Origin: Rebecca billardiae RCC1528
Taxonomy: Eukaryota > Protista > Haptophyta
Direction of reading: 5' to 3'
DNA: 64,000 nt
Assembly (NCBI GenBank): GCA_965240325.2
Contig: OZ251253.1
Span: 682,001-746,000 of the forward strand
Numbering within the stretch: the stretch's first letter is position 1; each line of letters starts with the position of its first letter. A model generated the notes under the pieces. The model did no database searches. It was not told where the DNA came from and was given only the letters and a program-made list of their open reading frames with translations. The position numbers and the translations under genes were made by a program. Below, in pieces: positions 1-10,679 of this stretch.

Positions 1-345
1 TCCGCCTCCGCCTCCGCCTCCGCCTCCGCCGCCGCCGCCGCCTCCGCCGCCGCCGCCGCCGCCGCCGCCGCCTCCGCCTCCGCCTCCGCCTCCGCCTCCG
101 CCTCCGCCTCCGCCTCCTCCGCCGCCGCCGCCGCCGCCGCCGCCCCCGCCTCCGCCGCCGCCGCCGCCGCCGCCTCCGCCTCCGCCTCCGCCTCCGCCTC
201 CGCCTCCGCCGCCGCCTCCGCCTCCGCCTCCGCCTCCGCCTCCACCTCCGCCTCCGCCTCCGCCTCCGCCTCCGCCTCCGCCTCCGCCTCCGCCTCCGCC
301 TCCGCCTCCGCCTCCGCCTCCGCCTCCGCCTCCGCCTCCGCCTCG
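1..345. repeat. (GCCTCC)n/(GCC)n coding microsatellite encoding a poly-(Glu-Ala) tract on the minus strand
   Basis: Direct hexamer repeat, in frame with the SANT gene tail. Confidence 0.9.
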
Positions 346-521
346 ATCGCCGCCGCCTCCGCCTCGCCGTAGCCCTCCGCCTCCTGCGCGTCCTCCGCGT
401 CGTCAGGCAGCTCGTCAGCGTCTGCGTCCGCGTCAGTTGCCATCGTCGCCATCGCCTCGGAGGGCTCGTAGCCCTCGCCCTCCTCCTCCTCCTCCTCCTC
501 CTCCTCCTCCTCCTCCTCCTC

Positions 522-564
<43 letters not shown>

Positions 565-1107
565 ATATCGTCGGCGGCGTCGCCATCGCCCGCCTCGCCG
601 CCGCGCCGCGCAGCGTCAGCAGGCAGCAGCGCCGCCGCTGCGTGCGCGCTCGGCGGCTGTGCCGGGTGCGCGCCCGGGTGCGGCGGTGCGCATGCGTGCG
701 CCCCCCCCGCCTCCTCCACAGCCTCGGGCATGGCGGCAGCGCACGCGGCGGCGGCGGCCGCCTTGTCTGCCTGCGAGCGCGCGGGCTGGGCCGAGGCGGC
801 GGCGGCGGCGGCGGCGGCGCTCGGCCGCGGCTCCGCGCGGCCGCCGGCCGCCGTGCCGCCCTTGGCGCGGCCGCTGCCAGCTTGCCTGGGCGCGGCTGCA
901 GCGCTGCCGGCCGCCGCGGCCGCCGCGTGCTGCTGCGCTGCCGCGTGCTGCGCCGCGTGCTGCGCTTGCACCGCCGACTTGAGCCGCTCGAGCGTGGCGC
1001 TGTCGGAGGTGTGCGGCTGCTGCTGCTGCTGCAGCAGCAGCTGCTGCTGCCACTGCTGCGGCTGCTGCTGCGCGGGCGGCTGCGACACCTGCGCCATCGC
1101 CAGCGTG

Positions 1108-1173
<66 letters not shown>

Positions 1174-1650
1174 GCACAGCAGGCGTGCTGAGGCGCGCCG
1201 CCGACCATCGCGCCGCTGGTGGGCTGCAGCTGCGGGCGCGCGCGCGCGCAGGGCCATGGGCAGGGGACGGGGGCGCGGAGCTGAGCGCGCGGCCGGGCGC
1301 CGCGCTCCGCTCCGCTTGCTCCGCGCGAGCGCGCGCGCCGCACGGCGCTGCGTGTGTGCGTGTGTGCGTCGCGTGCGCGCACGTGCTGCTGCTGCTGCTG
1401 CACGCCCTGCGCGCAGTGCGGCCCGATCGGGTGCGCGCAGTGCGCGGGCGGCGCGCCCATCGCGTGCGAGTGACCCGGCTGCCGCTGCTGCCCCTGCGCC
1501 ACCGCCGCCGCCGCCGCCGCCGCGGCCTCGTAGTCATACTCGTAGCCCAGCGCGGACACGCCCATCTGCTGCGCGTACGCGACGGGCGGCTGCTGCCGCG
1601 GCTGCTGCTGCTGCGCCCACGGCTGCTGCTGCTGCGCGTACTGGTAGCCG

Positions 1651-1695
<45 letters not shown>

Positions 1696-3312
1696 GGCTG
1701 CAGCTGCTGCTGCGGCTGCTGCTGCTGCTGCGCGGGCATGGCGTACACCGCTGCGCCCATCTGCTGCGCCTGCGCCCACGGCTGCGGCCCCTGGCCCCAC
1801 TGCGCCTGCGGCGGCCCCTGCTGCCCCCACTGCCCCTGCGCCTGCGCCGCCCCCTGCGCCCCGAACACCGAGCTCAGCGTGGTGAGCGCGTACCCGTGCG
1901 TCGCGTGTTGGATGTACATCATGCCGGGCGGCGGCGGCGGCAGGCCGGGCGGCACGGCGAGGGCGTGCGGCGGGAGCTGCGGCGCGGGCTGCGGCGCGTG
2001 CTGCGGCGACGAGTGCTGCGCGCCACCCATCTGCAGCCCGCCGCACCCCGCCGCGCCGCCGCCGCCGCCCAGCATCGCGAGCTGCGCGCACAGCGGCGCG
2101 CCGCCGCCGCAGCCGCAGCCGCCGCCGCCGAGCTGCTGCGAGTGCACCGCGCCGAGCGCGCCGAGGGAGGAGGCGGGCAGCGGCGGGCCCGCGCTCGAAG
2201 GCGGCGGGAGCGACGAGACCGCCGCGGCGGCGGCCGCGGCGGCGGCGGCCGCGGCGGCCGCGGCGACGGCGGCGACCGCCGACGCGTCCGTGCGCGAGGC
2301 GGCGGCGGCGGGCGCGGCGGCGGCCGCGGCCGCGGCCGCGGCCGCGCCGCCCGGCGCGGGCGCGGCGGCGGCGGCGGCGGCGGCGGCGCCGCCGCCCTTC
2401 TGCCGCTTGGCCGGCGCGCCCGCGCTCCCGGCGCCGGCGCCGCGCTTGCCGCCGCCGCCCTTTGCGCCCGCCGGCTTTGCGGGCGGCGCGGGCGGCGCGG
2501 CGCTCGAGGGCGTGGCAGCGGCCGCCGCGCCCGCGTCCGTCCCGGCGGCGGCGGCGGCGGCGGCGGGCGCGCCCGCCGCGGCCGCCGCCGCCTCGGCGGC
2601 CAGCCGCTCCTCGCGCTGCTTCAGGATCGCCGAGAGCCCGAGCCGCACCTTGTAGTTCTGGAAGTAGTTGCGGATCTGCGACTCGGTCTTGGAGCCGCCG
2701 AGATCGGCCGAGATCGCGCCCCAGCTGCGCCCGTGCGCGTCGAGCAGCGCGGGGAAGCGCGCCTTCTCGTCGGGGGTCCACTGCAGGTGGCGCCCGCGGC
2801 GCGAGCCGCCGCCGCCGCCCGCCTCCGAGTCCGCGCGGCTCTTCGCGTCGTCCGCGCCGCCGCCGCCGCCGCCGCCGCCGCCGTCGATGGGCGGCAGCTC
2901 CGACTGGCCGTCGGCGCCGTTCGCCGCGCGCACCGCCTCGGCGGCCGCGCTGACCGTCTGCCTGTTGTGCACGAGGTAGGCCTTGACCGCGACCTCCGAC
3001 TTGGTCGGCACGAGGGCGGAGACGGCGCGCAGGTCCGCCGTGCCCAGCAGCGCGATCGCCTCGACCAGCTGCGAGCGCTCCGTCTCCGACCAGCGCGAGC
3101 CGCCGGCCGACGACTTGCCGCCGCCGCCGCCGCCGCCGGGCGCGTCACGCCCTCCGGCGGCGGCGGCGGCGTCGTCGTCCTCGGCGCCGGCCGTGCGGTA
3201 CTGCAGGTCGTCGCTCAGCCCGGCGGCGCGCAGCTCCGGCGGCAGCCCGAGCGACGACTCCTTATACGACACCTGCCGGTTGCGCGGCCGCAGCGCTGTG
3301 TCGCACACGCCC

Positions 3313-3351
<39 letters not shown>

Positions 3352-4104
3352 ATGGCGCCGTCCGAGGCGCCGGGCGGCGGCTGCGCGTTGAGGTCGGCGG
3401 CGGCGGCGATGTGCACCGTGCCCCACGCGCCCTGCCCCGCCGCCGCCTGCGCCGCCGCGGCCGCCGCCGCGCTCGCGCGCGGCGACGCGCCCACCTCGCG
3501 CCGGCCCCTGCACACCGCGGAGCCGCCGCCGCCGCGCCGCCGCCCGCCGCCGCTCGCGCGCAGCTGCGGCTTGAGCTCGAGGCGGTGCTTGTGCGTGTAG
3601 TAGAAGTAGGCGCAGTCGCCCGGGCCCTTCCACTCGAGCCCCGCCGCGATCTTGCGCCACGCCTTCGGGTGCTGCAGGTACCGCTCCGCGAAGATGCGTC
3701 GCTCGGGCTCGCTCCACGCCATTCGAGCCTTGCGCTCCTTTTCGGCGAGGCGCGCGTCGGCGACGAGCAGGTTGCGGCAGCGGTACGCGCGGAAGCGCGC
3801 CTCGTCGGGGAGCAGCTGGTCGGGCACGCTCGCCGCCTGCGCGCGGATGTACCGCTCGCTCTTGTGCGTGCGCTCCTGCTCCTCGATCTGCTTGATGATC
3901 TCCTCGAGCTCCTCCTCTGAGCGCGCGGCGTCGGTGGCGCGCGTGCGCGAGGAGGCGCGATACGGGGGCACGGAGGAGGCGGCGACGCCGGAGAGGCCGC
4001 CGAGCCCGCCGGGCTCGTCGTCGTCCGCGCCGTCCGCCACCGAGCGCGCGCGGCGCCCGCTGCTGCCGCCGCCGCCGCCGCCGCCGCCACTCGCACCGCC
4101 GAGC

Positions 4105-4140
<36 letters not shown>

Positions 4141-4497
4141 GCCGCGGCCGCGGCGGCGCGCGCCTCAAGCTGCGAGCGCCACGCGCGCTCGAGGCGGCGG
4201 TAGCGCTCGCGCAGGCTGCACGCGAGCGCGGCGCGCTGCGCGACGCGCGCGCGCAGTGCCGCGCCCAGCCGCTCGCGCGCGCCCGCGAACCGCGCCGCCT
4301 CCGCCACCACCGCCGCCATCTCGGCCGGCGGCCGGAGCGCGCCGGGCGCGCGCGGCGGCGGGAGCGGGCCGTCCAGCCGAGCGCGAGCGGCGAGCGCGCG
4401 CTCTCGGTTGCGCGCGAGCACCTCCTCGAGCTTGGTGGAGGGCGAGCCCTCCGCCTCCGCCTCCGCGCCGCCGCCGCCCGCGCCCGCCCCGCCACCG

Positions 4498-4538
<41 letters not shown>

Positions 4539-4730
4539 CTCGAGCGCAGCCTCGGCCGCGCGCATCGCCGCTGCCAGTCGCTCGGTCTCCACGGCCTCGA
4601 CGGCGGCGAGGGCGCGCTGGAGCTCCGACTCGCCCTGCTCGATCTCCGAGTCCACCGCCGCGATCTGTGTCAGCAGCGCCTCCTTGGAGGGCGGCGGCGA
4701 CGGCTTGGCGGCGCCCTTGCCCTCGGTGGT

Positions 4731-4810
<80 letters not shown>

Positions 4811-5473
4811 GCTCGGCGGCGCCGCCGCGCTCGCGCGCCGCGCCGCCGCCGTCCGCGCCGTCGCGCTCGGCGCGCGCGGCGGCCGGGCCGGCGGCGACGC
4901 CCGCGCCACCACCGTCGCGCGAGTCGACCGAGCCCGCGCGCGGCAGCTGGGCGCCCGCAGGCCGCCCGTCCGCGCCTGGCGGCGGCGGCGGCGGCGGCTC
5001 GCGCTCAGCGCCGCCGCCCGCACACGCCGGCCGGTCGCCGGGCGCGCCAGGCGGCGGCGGCGGCGGCGGCGCGCGGCGGAGCGGCGAGGCCGTGCCCGCC
5101 GCGGGCGCGGGGCGCGCGCTGCCGCACGCGCCGCCGCCCACGCCCGCCGTCGCTGGGCCGAGCCCGCCCGACGGCGGCGCGTCCGCGCCGGCGCGCGCCG
5201 GCGCGCCGCCCGCCGCCGCCGCCGCCGCCGCCGCGTGCGCCGGCGGCGGCGGCGGCGGCCGCCGCCTGCCGGGCACGGGCGAGTAGGGCTCGGCGGCAGC
5301 GTCTCGCGGCACGCCGGCGGCAGCGCTTGGCTCGGCCGCGTCCGCGCCCGCGCCGCCCTGCTGCGACGAAGGCGCGTCGCGCGGCGGCGGCGGCGGCGGC
5401 GGCGGCGCGCGTGCGCACGCGCCGCCAGACGCGCCGGCTGCGGCGCGCGGCGGAGCGTCGGCCGGATCCGCGC

Positions 5474-5505
<32 letters not shown>

Positions 5506-5715
5506 AAGTCGTCGCCGACGCCCTCCACGCCGCCACTCGCACCGCCGCCCGCAGCCTCCGCCACGCCGTCCGCGCGAGGGCTGTCCGGGCGGCTTCCCGT
5601 GCGGCCGCCGGGATTGGCGGCCGCGCCGCCAACGCCACCACCGCCGCCGCCGCCGGCCGCGGGCGGCGCGGCGGCGTCACCGTCAGAGCGCGAGGCGCTG
5701 GCGGCGGCGGCGCGA

Positions 5716-5756
<41 letters not shown>

Positions 5757-6252
5757 GCCGCCGGGCGGCGGCGGCGGCGGCGCGCGCCCCGCGCCCCCCG
5801 CCGACGCCGTCGCCACCGGCGGCGGCGGCGGCGGCGGCGGGCCACCGGGCGGCGGCGGCGGCGGCGGTTGCGGCGGCGGTTGCGGCGGCGCGTCGATTTC
5901 GCCGTCCTCGATCTCGCCCGGCGAGATCTCGCCTGGCTCGGGGGCGGCGGCGGCGCCGGCGGCGCCGAGGCCGGCGGCGGCGGCGGCACCAGCGCCGCTC
6001 GCGCCGCTGCCCACCGCGGCGGCTGCCGCCAGCAGGCTCGCGCCTAGCGCCGAGTGCGGCGGCGGCAGCGGCTTCGGGCCGGCGTAATCGGCGCCGCCGC
6101 CGCCACCGCCGCCCATGCCGCCGCGCCCGCGGCCGCGGCCCGACTTGCGCCGCTTGGCCTCGCCGCGCCCGCCGCCGTGGCCGGGCTGGCCGCGCACGCG
6201 CATCCCGCCCCCACCCATGCCACCACCGCCGCCACCGCCGCCACCACCGCCA

Positions 6253-6317
<65 letters not shown>

Positions 6318-6837
6318 TGCCATGCCGCCGCCGGCGTATGCGCCGCCTTCGCGCTCGCGGCCGCCGTCCCTGCGCGGCGCGGGCGCGGGCGAAGCGGGCG
6401 CGCGCGGGGGCGCGGCGTGGCACGCCACATCGGCGCGGCGCGCGCGTGAGCCGCGCGTGCTCGCGCGCGAGCCGGCCGCGCGCGGCGGCGGCGGCGGCGC
6501 GGCGGCGCGAGCCGCGCGGCGGCGCGGCGGCCGCGCGCGGGCCGCCGCGGGCGCGGCGTCCCGCGCGCGGCGCGGGCATGCGCCCCGACAGCCGCGCGCG
6601 CCCGCGATGCGCGCATCCCGCCCACGGCCGCGCGCACCAGTCGCCGTACTCGCGCTTTATGCCCGCGCCGGCGCCGGCGGCGCCGCCGCCGGGCGGCGGC
6701 GCGCCCTGTCCGTTCGCGCCCGCGCCGGCGCGCATGTAGCTGTGCGGATTGCGGGGGTCCATGGGCTCGCCATCGCGGTATGGCGGCCGTCCCCGTCCCC
6801 TGCCGTCATCCTGGGCGCCGTGGCTGTAACCCGTCAT
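1..6837 (-). CDS. Large NCoR/SMRT/Snt1-like SANT-domain chromatin corepressor (3'-partial; exons 6837-6638, 6369-1383, 1229-<1)
   Basis: Manual minus-strand translation from ATG 6837 (MTGYSHGAQDDGRGRG...). Introns 6637-6370 and 1382-1230 are GT..CAG and keep one continuous frame. The protein has a coiled coil (KEALLTQIAAVDSEIEQ), an NCoR-type pre-SANT region (ARSEEELEEIIKQI...AASVPDQL) and SANT1 (WSEPERRIFAERYLQHPKAWRKIAAGLEWKGPGDCAYFYYTHK). Two further SANT/Myb motifs follow (WSETERSQLVEAI...; WTPDEKARFPALLDAHGRSWGAIS...KTESQIRNYFQNYK), then polyQ and an acidic D/E/(EA)n tail. No stop codon lies inside the window, so the ORF track misses it. Confidence 0.85.
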
Positions 6838-7142
6838 CGCCGCCGGCGGGCGGGCGGCGCGATAGCCTCGCCCCGCCACGAGGGGCGGCGTCGCCAGGCG
6901 CCAAGCTGCTGCTGCTGGAGAGCCGCGCACGCCGCCACCCTGGACAGCTGCGACTCCGCGAGCGAAAAACTTTGGATCGGGCGGAAGACGACGGCCGCCG
7001 CAGCGCCGGACTCAGCTCGGCGCGCGCCCGGACTGCGTCCCGGCAATGCTTGGGTCCGTCTTGTGGCCGACGCGCTTGGCGATTACGCACGCCGCCCGCC
7101 GCGCCCGCCCGCTCCCGAGGGCGCGCCCGCCGCGGCGCAACG

Positions 7143-10100
7143 ATGGTGCTCGGCGCGACGGCACTCGGCCTGCTCGCGCTCGGCGCGCGGCCCGACTGCA
7201 CGCGCGCGGGCAAAGACCCGTGGGCCAGCGGCCGGCTGCTGCCATGCTGCGCGCCGCTCGTGCCGTGCGCGCGCTACTGGCACAGTGCGCGCCAAGCGCG
7301 CCGCCGCCGCGCGCGGCTCGCTCGTTCGCGCGGGCGCGCCGGCGCGGGCGCGGGTGCCGAGCGCGCGCGCGCGCACGTGCCCCTTCCCCCCCTTTGCGTG
7401 CCCCGCCGCGCGCCATCCGCAGTGTGGGGCGGCATGTCTGCGCGCTGCTCCGAGGAATGCGCCTCGCCGCCGCCCGCCTTCCCCGCCGGCTCGCCGCCGC
7501 CGCCGCCGCCGCCGGCCGCGCCGGCGCCGGGCGCGTTCCCACCGCTCTCGCCGGGCGCGCTCGAGCCCCAGCCACCGCCGCCGCCGCCGCCGCCGCCGCC
7601 GCACACCGCGCGCGCGCTCGACCCCGCCACCGCCGCCGCGCGCGCCCGCGCGCGCGCCGCCGCGGCCGCGGCCGCCGCCGCCGAGATCGGACGGTTCCCG
7701 CGCGTGGTGCTGACGAGCGGCGAGGCGGACGGGCTGAACGCGACGCTCTTCCTCCCGCCGCTCCGCCCGGACGCGCGCGCCCCGCGCCCCGCCGCGCCGT
7801 GGGTTGGCGGCAGCTACTACGAGTCCTCTCGCTTCGACTGGGGCTCGATGGTGGGCGAGCTGGCCCTCGGCGGCGGCGGCGGCGCGCGGACGCTGCCGAC
7901 GCTGTGCGGCGCGGACGTGTGGCGCGCGCCGCACGACGCGGCGTGGACCGAGTCCGGCATCGGCCTCGCGGGTGCGTCCGACGCCGCCGCGCCGCGCGCG
8001 CGCGCGCGCGCGCCCGCGCCCGCGCCCGCGCCAGTCGCCGCTGCTGCGCGCGTGCGCGCCTCTCTCCGCGCCGCTCACGGCCGCGCGCGCGCCGCGCGCC
8101 CCTGCGCCTGCGGCGGCGCAGCGGAGTTTGGGTGCGGCGACGACGGCGAGGTCTGCGCGCCCGGCCCCGGCTGGCCGGGCGTCGAGCGGCTGCAGCGGCG
8201 CGGAGACGCGGACGCGGACGCGGCGGCGGCGGACGCGGACGGCGGCGGTGGCGCGGACGGCGGCGGAGGCGGCGGCGCCGCGCGCGCGCGCGGCCGGCGT
8301 GAGCGCCGCCGCGCGAGCGACGCCGGCGAGGGCGAGGGCGACGGCGCGGAGGGCGCGCCGCCGCGCGTGGCGTACAACGGCGTGCTCGGCTACGCCGACG
8401 CCGCGCCCGGCGAGCCGTTCCTCAAGATCGGCGTGGGCTCGCTCGTGCGCGGCAGCTGCGCGCTGTGCGACCGCACGGACCTCTCTGAGAAGTACCAGTT
8501 CAACTCGCCGTACACGTTCCACGCGCCGCCGGTGTGGACGGCGGAGTTCGCGCTGCCGGACGGGGCGGCAGGCGCGGGCACGGCGCAGGCCCAGTCGCAG
8601 CACGCCGCCGCCGCCTCGGCGTGGGTCGCGCTCGGCGGCGCGCGCGCCGAGCCGCCGCGCGCCGCGCGCGCCGCGCGGCTGTGCCACAACGCAAGCGTGG
8701 GCGGCGGCCGCTGGGGGTACGCGCTCAGCCACGAGTACCGCGTGTCCGGCCGGAGCCTGAGCGTGCGCACGAGCCTGCGCAACACGGGCGCGCGCGCCTT
8801 CGCCACGCCGCACTACTCGCACAACTTCCTCAACGCGCCCGACGCGCCCACGGGCCCCGGCTGGGCGCTCGAGCTTCCGGGTGTGCGCGGCGGCGACTAC
8901 GCCGACGCGGCGTGGGCGCCGCCGTTCGCGCGCTTCTTCGACGTGGCGACGCGCGGCGGGGGTGGCGCGGACGAGGGCGCGGCGCCGCGCGCCCCGCCGA
9001 GGGCGCTCCTCTCCGCGCGCAGGCGCGTGCCGCGCGACACCAAGCTCAAGATCTTCTACAAAGGCCCCGCCGAAGCCTCCGCCGAAGGTTCCGAAGGTTT
9101 CGCCGGAGGTTCGGCCAAAGGCGCCGCCGCGGCGCGCGCCGGCGGCGCCGCCGCGCCGCGCGAGCACAGCGGCGGCGCGAGCGGCGACTTCACGGCGACG
9201 CTGCTCGTGCCGCCGGGCGGGGGCGGGGAGGCGGCGGGGGTGCGGCTCCGCTCCGTGACGCGCTTCGAGCCGCCTTCGCCCGCCGCGCCCACCGCGGCAG
9301 CCATGCTGCCGGCGGCAGCCATGCTGGCCGAGGCGGGCGGCGCTGCTGCCGAGGGCACAGCGGCGGCGGCGGAGGCCAGCCCCCCGCTCTGGGCGTACAA
9401 CGTGTACGCCGAGGCGCGCACGCTCTCGCCCGAGCCCGTCCGGCTGCTGGCGCTGAGTCCGGGGCAGACGCTCTCCTGGACCCGGACTTTGTCGCTGGAG
9501 GAGGCGGCGCCGCCGCGCGCGCCGGGGGGCGCCGACGCGCGCGCGGACGGCGCGCCGGGCGCGCGCGCAGGCTCGCGCGCGGCGCGGCGCGCGCGCCGCG
9601 CCAAGCCCGCCGATGACGCCACGACGACTCTCGCGAGCGCGGCACCGCCGCCGCGCGCTGCCGACGCGGCGGGCGTGCGCAGCCCGCCGCGGCTCGGCAG
9701 CGCGCCCGCGGGGGGCGCCGCCGCCGACGCCGCCGCCGCCGCCGAGGCGGGCGCGCCCGCGGGCGGGCTGCCGCGCGCGGCCGCGGCGGCGCACGTGCGC
9801 GGCGCGCTGCTCGCCGTGGTGGCGGTGGCCGTCGCCGTCGCCGCCGCCGCGGGGATGCGCACCGCGCACCGCCGCCGCAGCCCTACGCGCCCCCGCCCAT
9901 CGGCCGAGCCGCCGACGCGTCGCTCGGCCGCGGCCGCGCGCGCGGCCGGCGGCGTGTCAGCTCTGGCGGGCGCGGCGCGCGCGCGCTGGAGCGCAGCGGC
10001 GGCCGCCGCGCTCGGCGGCTGCGCGCGCGGTGCGGAGGGCGACGCCGAGCACGCCGCCGACGCGCTGCGTGGCGCGCGCGAGGCGCTGCTCCGCGCACCG

Positions 10101-10151
10101 CAGCCGCCGCCGCTGCCACCGGCGCGTGGCGGCAGCGGCGCCGCCCGCTGA
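7143..10151 (+). CDS. Secreted, C-terminally membrane-anchored protein with a probable galactose-mutarotase-like beta-sandwich domain (introns 7285-7422, 7972-8121)
   Basis: Hydrophobic N-terminus (MVLGATALGLLALGA) and a small Cys-rich module (CTRAGKDPWASGRLLPCC). The conserved-looking core YYESSRFDWGSMV...GYADAAPGEPFLKIGVGSL...LRNTGARAFATPHYSHNF resembles uncharacterised bacterial aldose-epimerase-fold proteins (recognised from memory, not searched). A TM helix (ALLAVVAVAVAVAAAAG) lies near the C-terminus. Two in-frame GTGCG..GCAG introns are inferred. Confidence 0.65.
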   Translation: MVLGATALGLLALGARPDCTRAGKDPWASGRLLPCCAPLVPCARYWHSARQARRRRARLARSRGRAGAGAGAERARAHVPLPPLCVPRRAPSAVWGGMSARCSEECASPPPAFPAGSPPPPPPPAAPAPGAFPPLSPGALEPQPPPPPPPPPPHTARALDPATAAARARARAAAAAAAAAEIGRFPRVVLTSGEADGLNATLFLPPLRPDARAPRPAAPWVGGSYYESSRFDWGSMVGELALGGGGGARTLPTLCGADVWRAPHDAAWTESGIGLAGASDAAAPRARARAPAPAPAPVAAAARVRASLRAAHGRARAARPCACGGAAEFGCGDDGEVCAPGPGWPGVERLQRRGDADADAAAADADGGGGADGGGGGGAARARGRRERRRASDAGEGEGDGAEGAPPRVAYNGVLGYADAAPGEPFLKIGVGSLVRGSCALCDRTDLSEKYQFNSPYTFHAPPVWTAEFALPDGAAGAGTAQAQSQHAAAASAWVALGGARAEPPRAARAARLCHNASVGGGRWGYALSHEYRVSGRSLSVRTSLRNTGARAFATPHYSHNFLNAPDAPTGPGWALELPGVRGGDYADAAWAPPFARFFDVATRGGGGADEGAAPRAPPRALLSARRRVPRDTKLKIFYKGPAEASAEGSEGFAGGSAKGAAAARAGGAAAPREHSGGASGDFTATLLVPPGGGGEAAGVRLRSVTRFEPPSPAAPTAAAMLPAAAMLAEAGGAAAEGTAAAAEASPPLWAYNVYAEARTLSPEPVRLLALSPGQTLSWTRTLSLEEAAPPRAPGGADARADGAPGARAGSRAARRARRAKPADDATTTLASAAPPPRAADAAGVRSPPRLGSAPAGGAAADAAAAAEAGAPAGGLPRAAAAAHVRGALLAVVAVAVAVAAAAGMRTAHRRRSPTRPRPSAEPPTRRSAAAARAAGGVSALAGAARARWSAAAAAALGGCARGAEGDAEHAADALRGAREALLRAPQPPPLPPARGGSGAAR

Positions 10152-10679
10152 CGAGCGAGCGCGCGCGTGTGCGGCGCGCACGCTTCTCCCTGCAGCCCTC
10201 CCCAGCCAGCGCTCAGGCAGCTCTGAGCTCAGCACTGCGCAGCAGTGTCCAGTGCGTCCGCCGATGGCGAGGCCTGCTCGGCAGAGCCGCCATCGATGCG
10301 CCGCGCGGCTCGGTGGCCGTCCGCAGCCGCGCGGTTCCACGTGGCTCGCACCGCGTGTCTCCCGCACTCCGGTGCTGCCACGCCCTTGCCCCACGGCCAC
10401 GCACTGCTGACTGACCGTGACTGCACGCACACTGTCGGCACTCCTCGCGACTCCGAGCGAGGGGCTAGCAAAGCGGGTGCCGTTACAGAGCCGCGCTATG
10501 GCCTCTGATTTGCATGCGATATTCCGTTACAGAGTGATCTCCGTAGCAAGCTCGCCGAAAGCCGAAAGCCGCTCGAGCCGCGGCTCGTCTCGCCAGCTTT
10601 GGCGAGCGCGGGCGCCTCGCCGACTCGCGGCGGTCCCGAAAAGGCACCGCGCCCTTGCCGACACCTCGCCGCCGCCGCC

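Noticed and set aside
642-6739. Long plus-strand ORFs (1092 aa, 827 aa and others), and similar Arg/Ala/Pro/Gly-rich ORFs throughout the window
   Set aside because: They are antisense or off-frame shadows of real genes. Stops are rare at this GC content and the translations have no domain signal.
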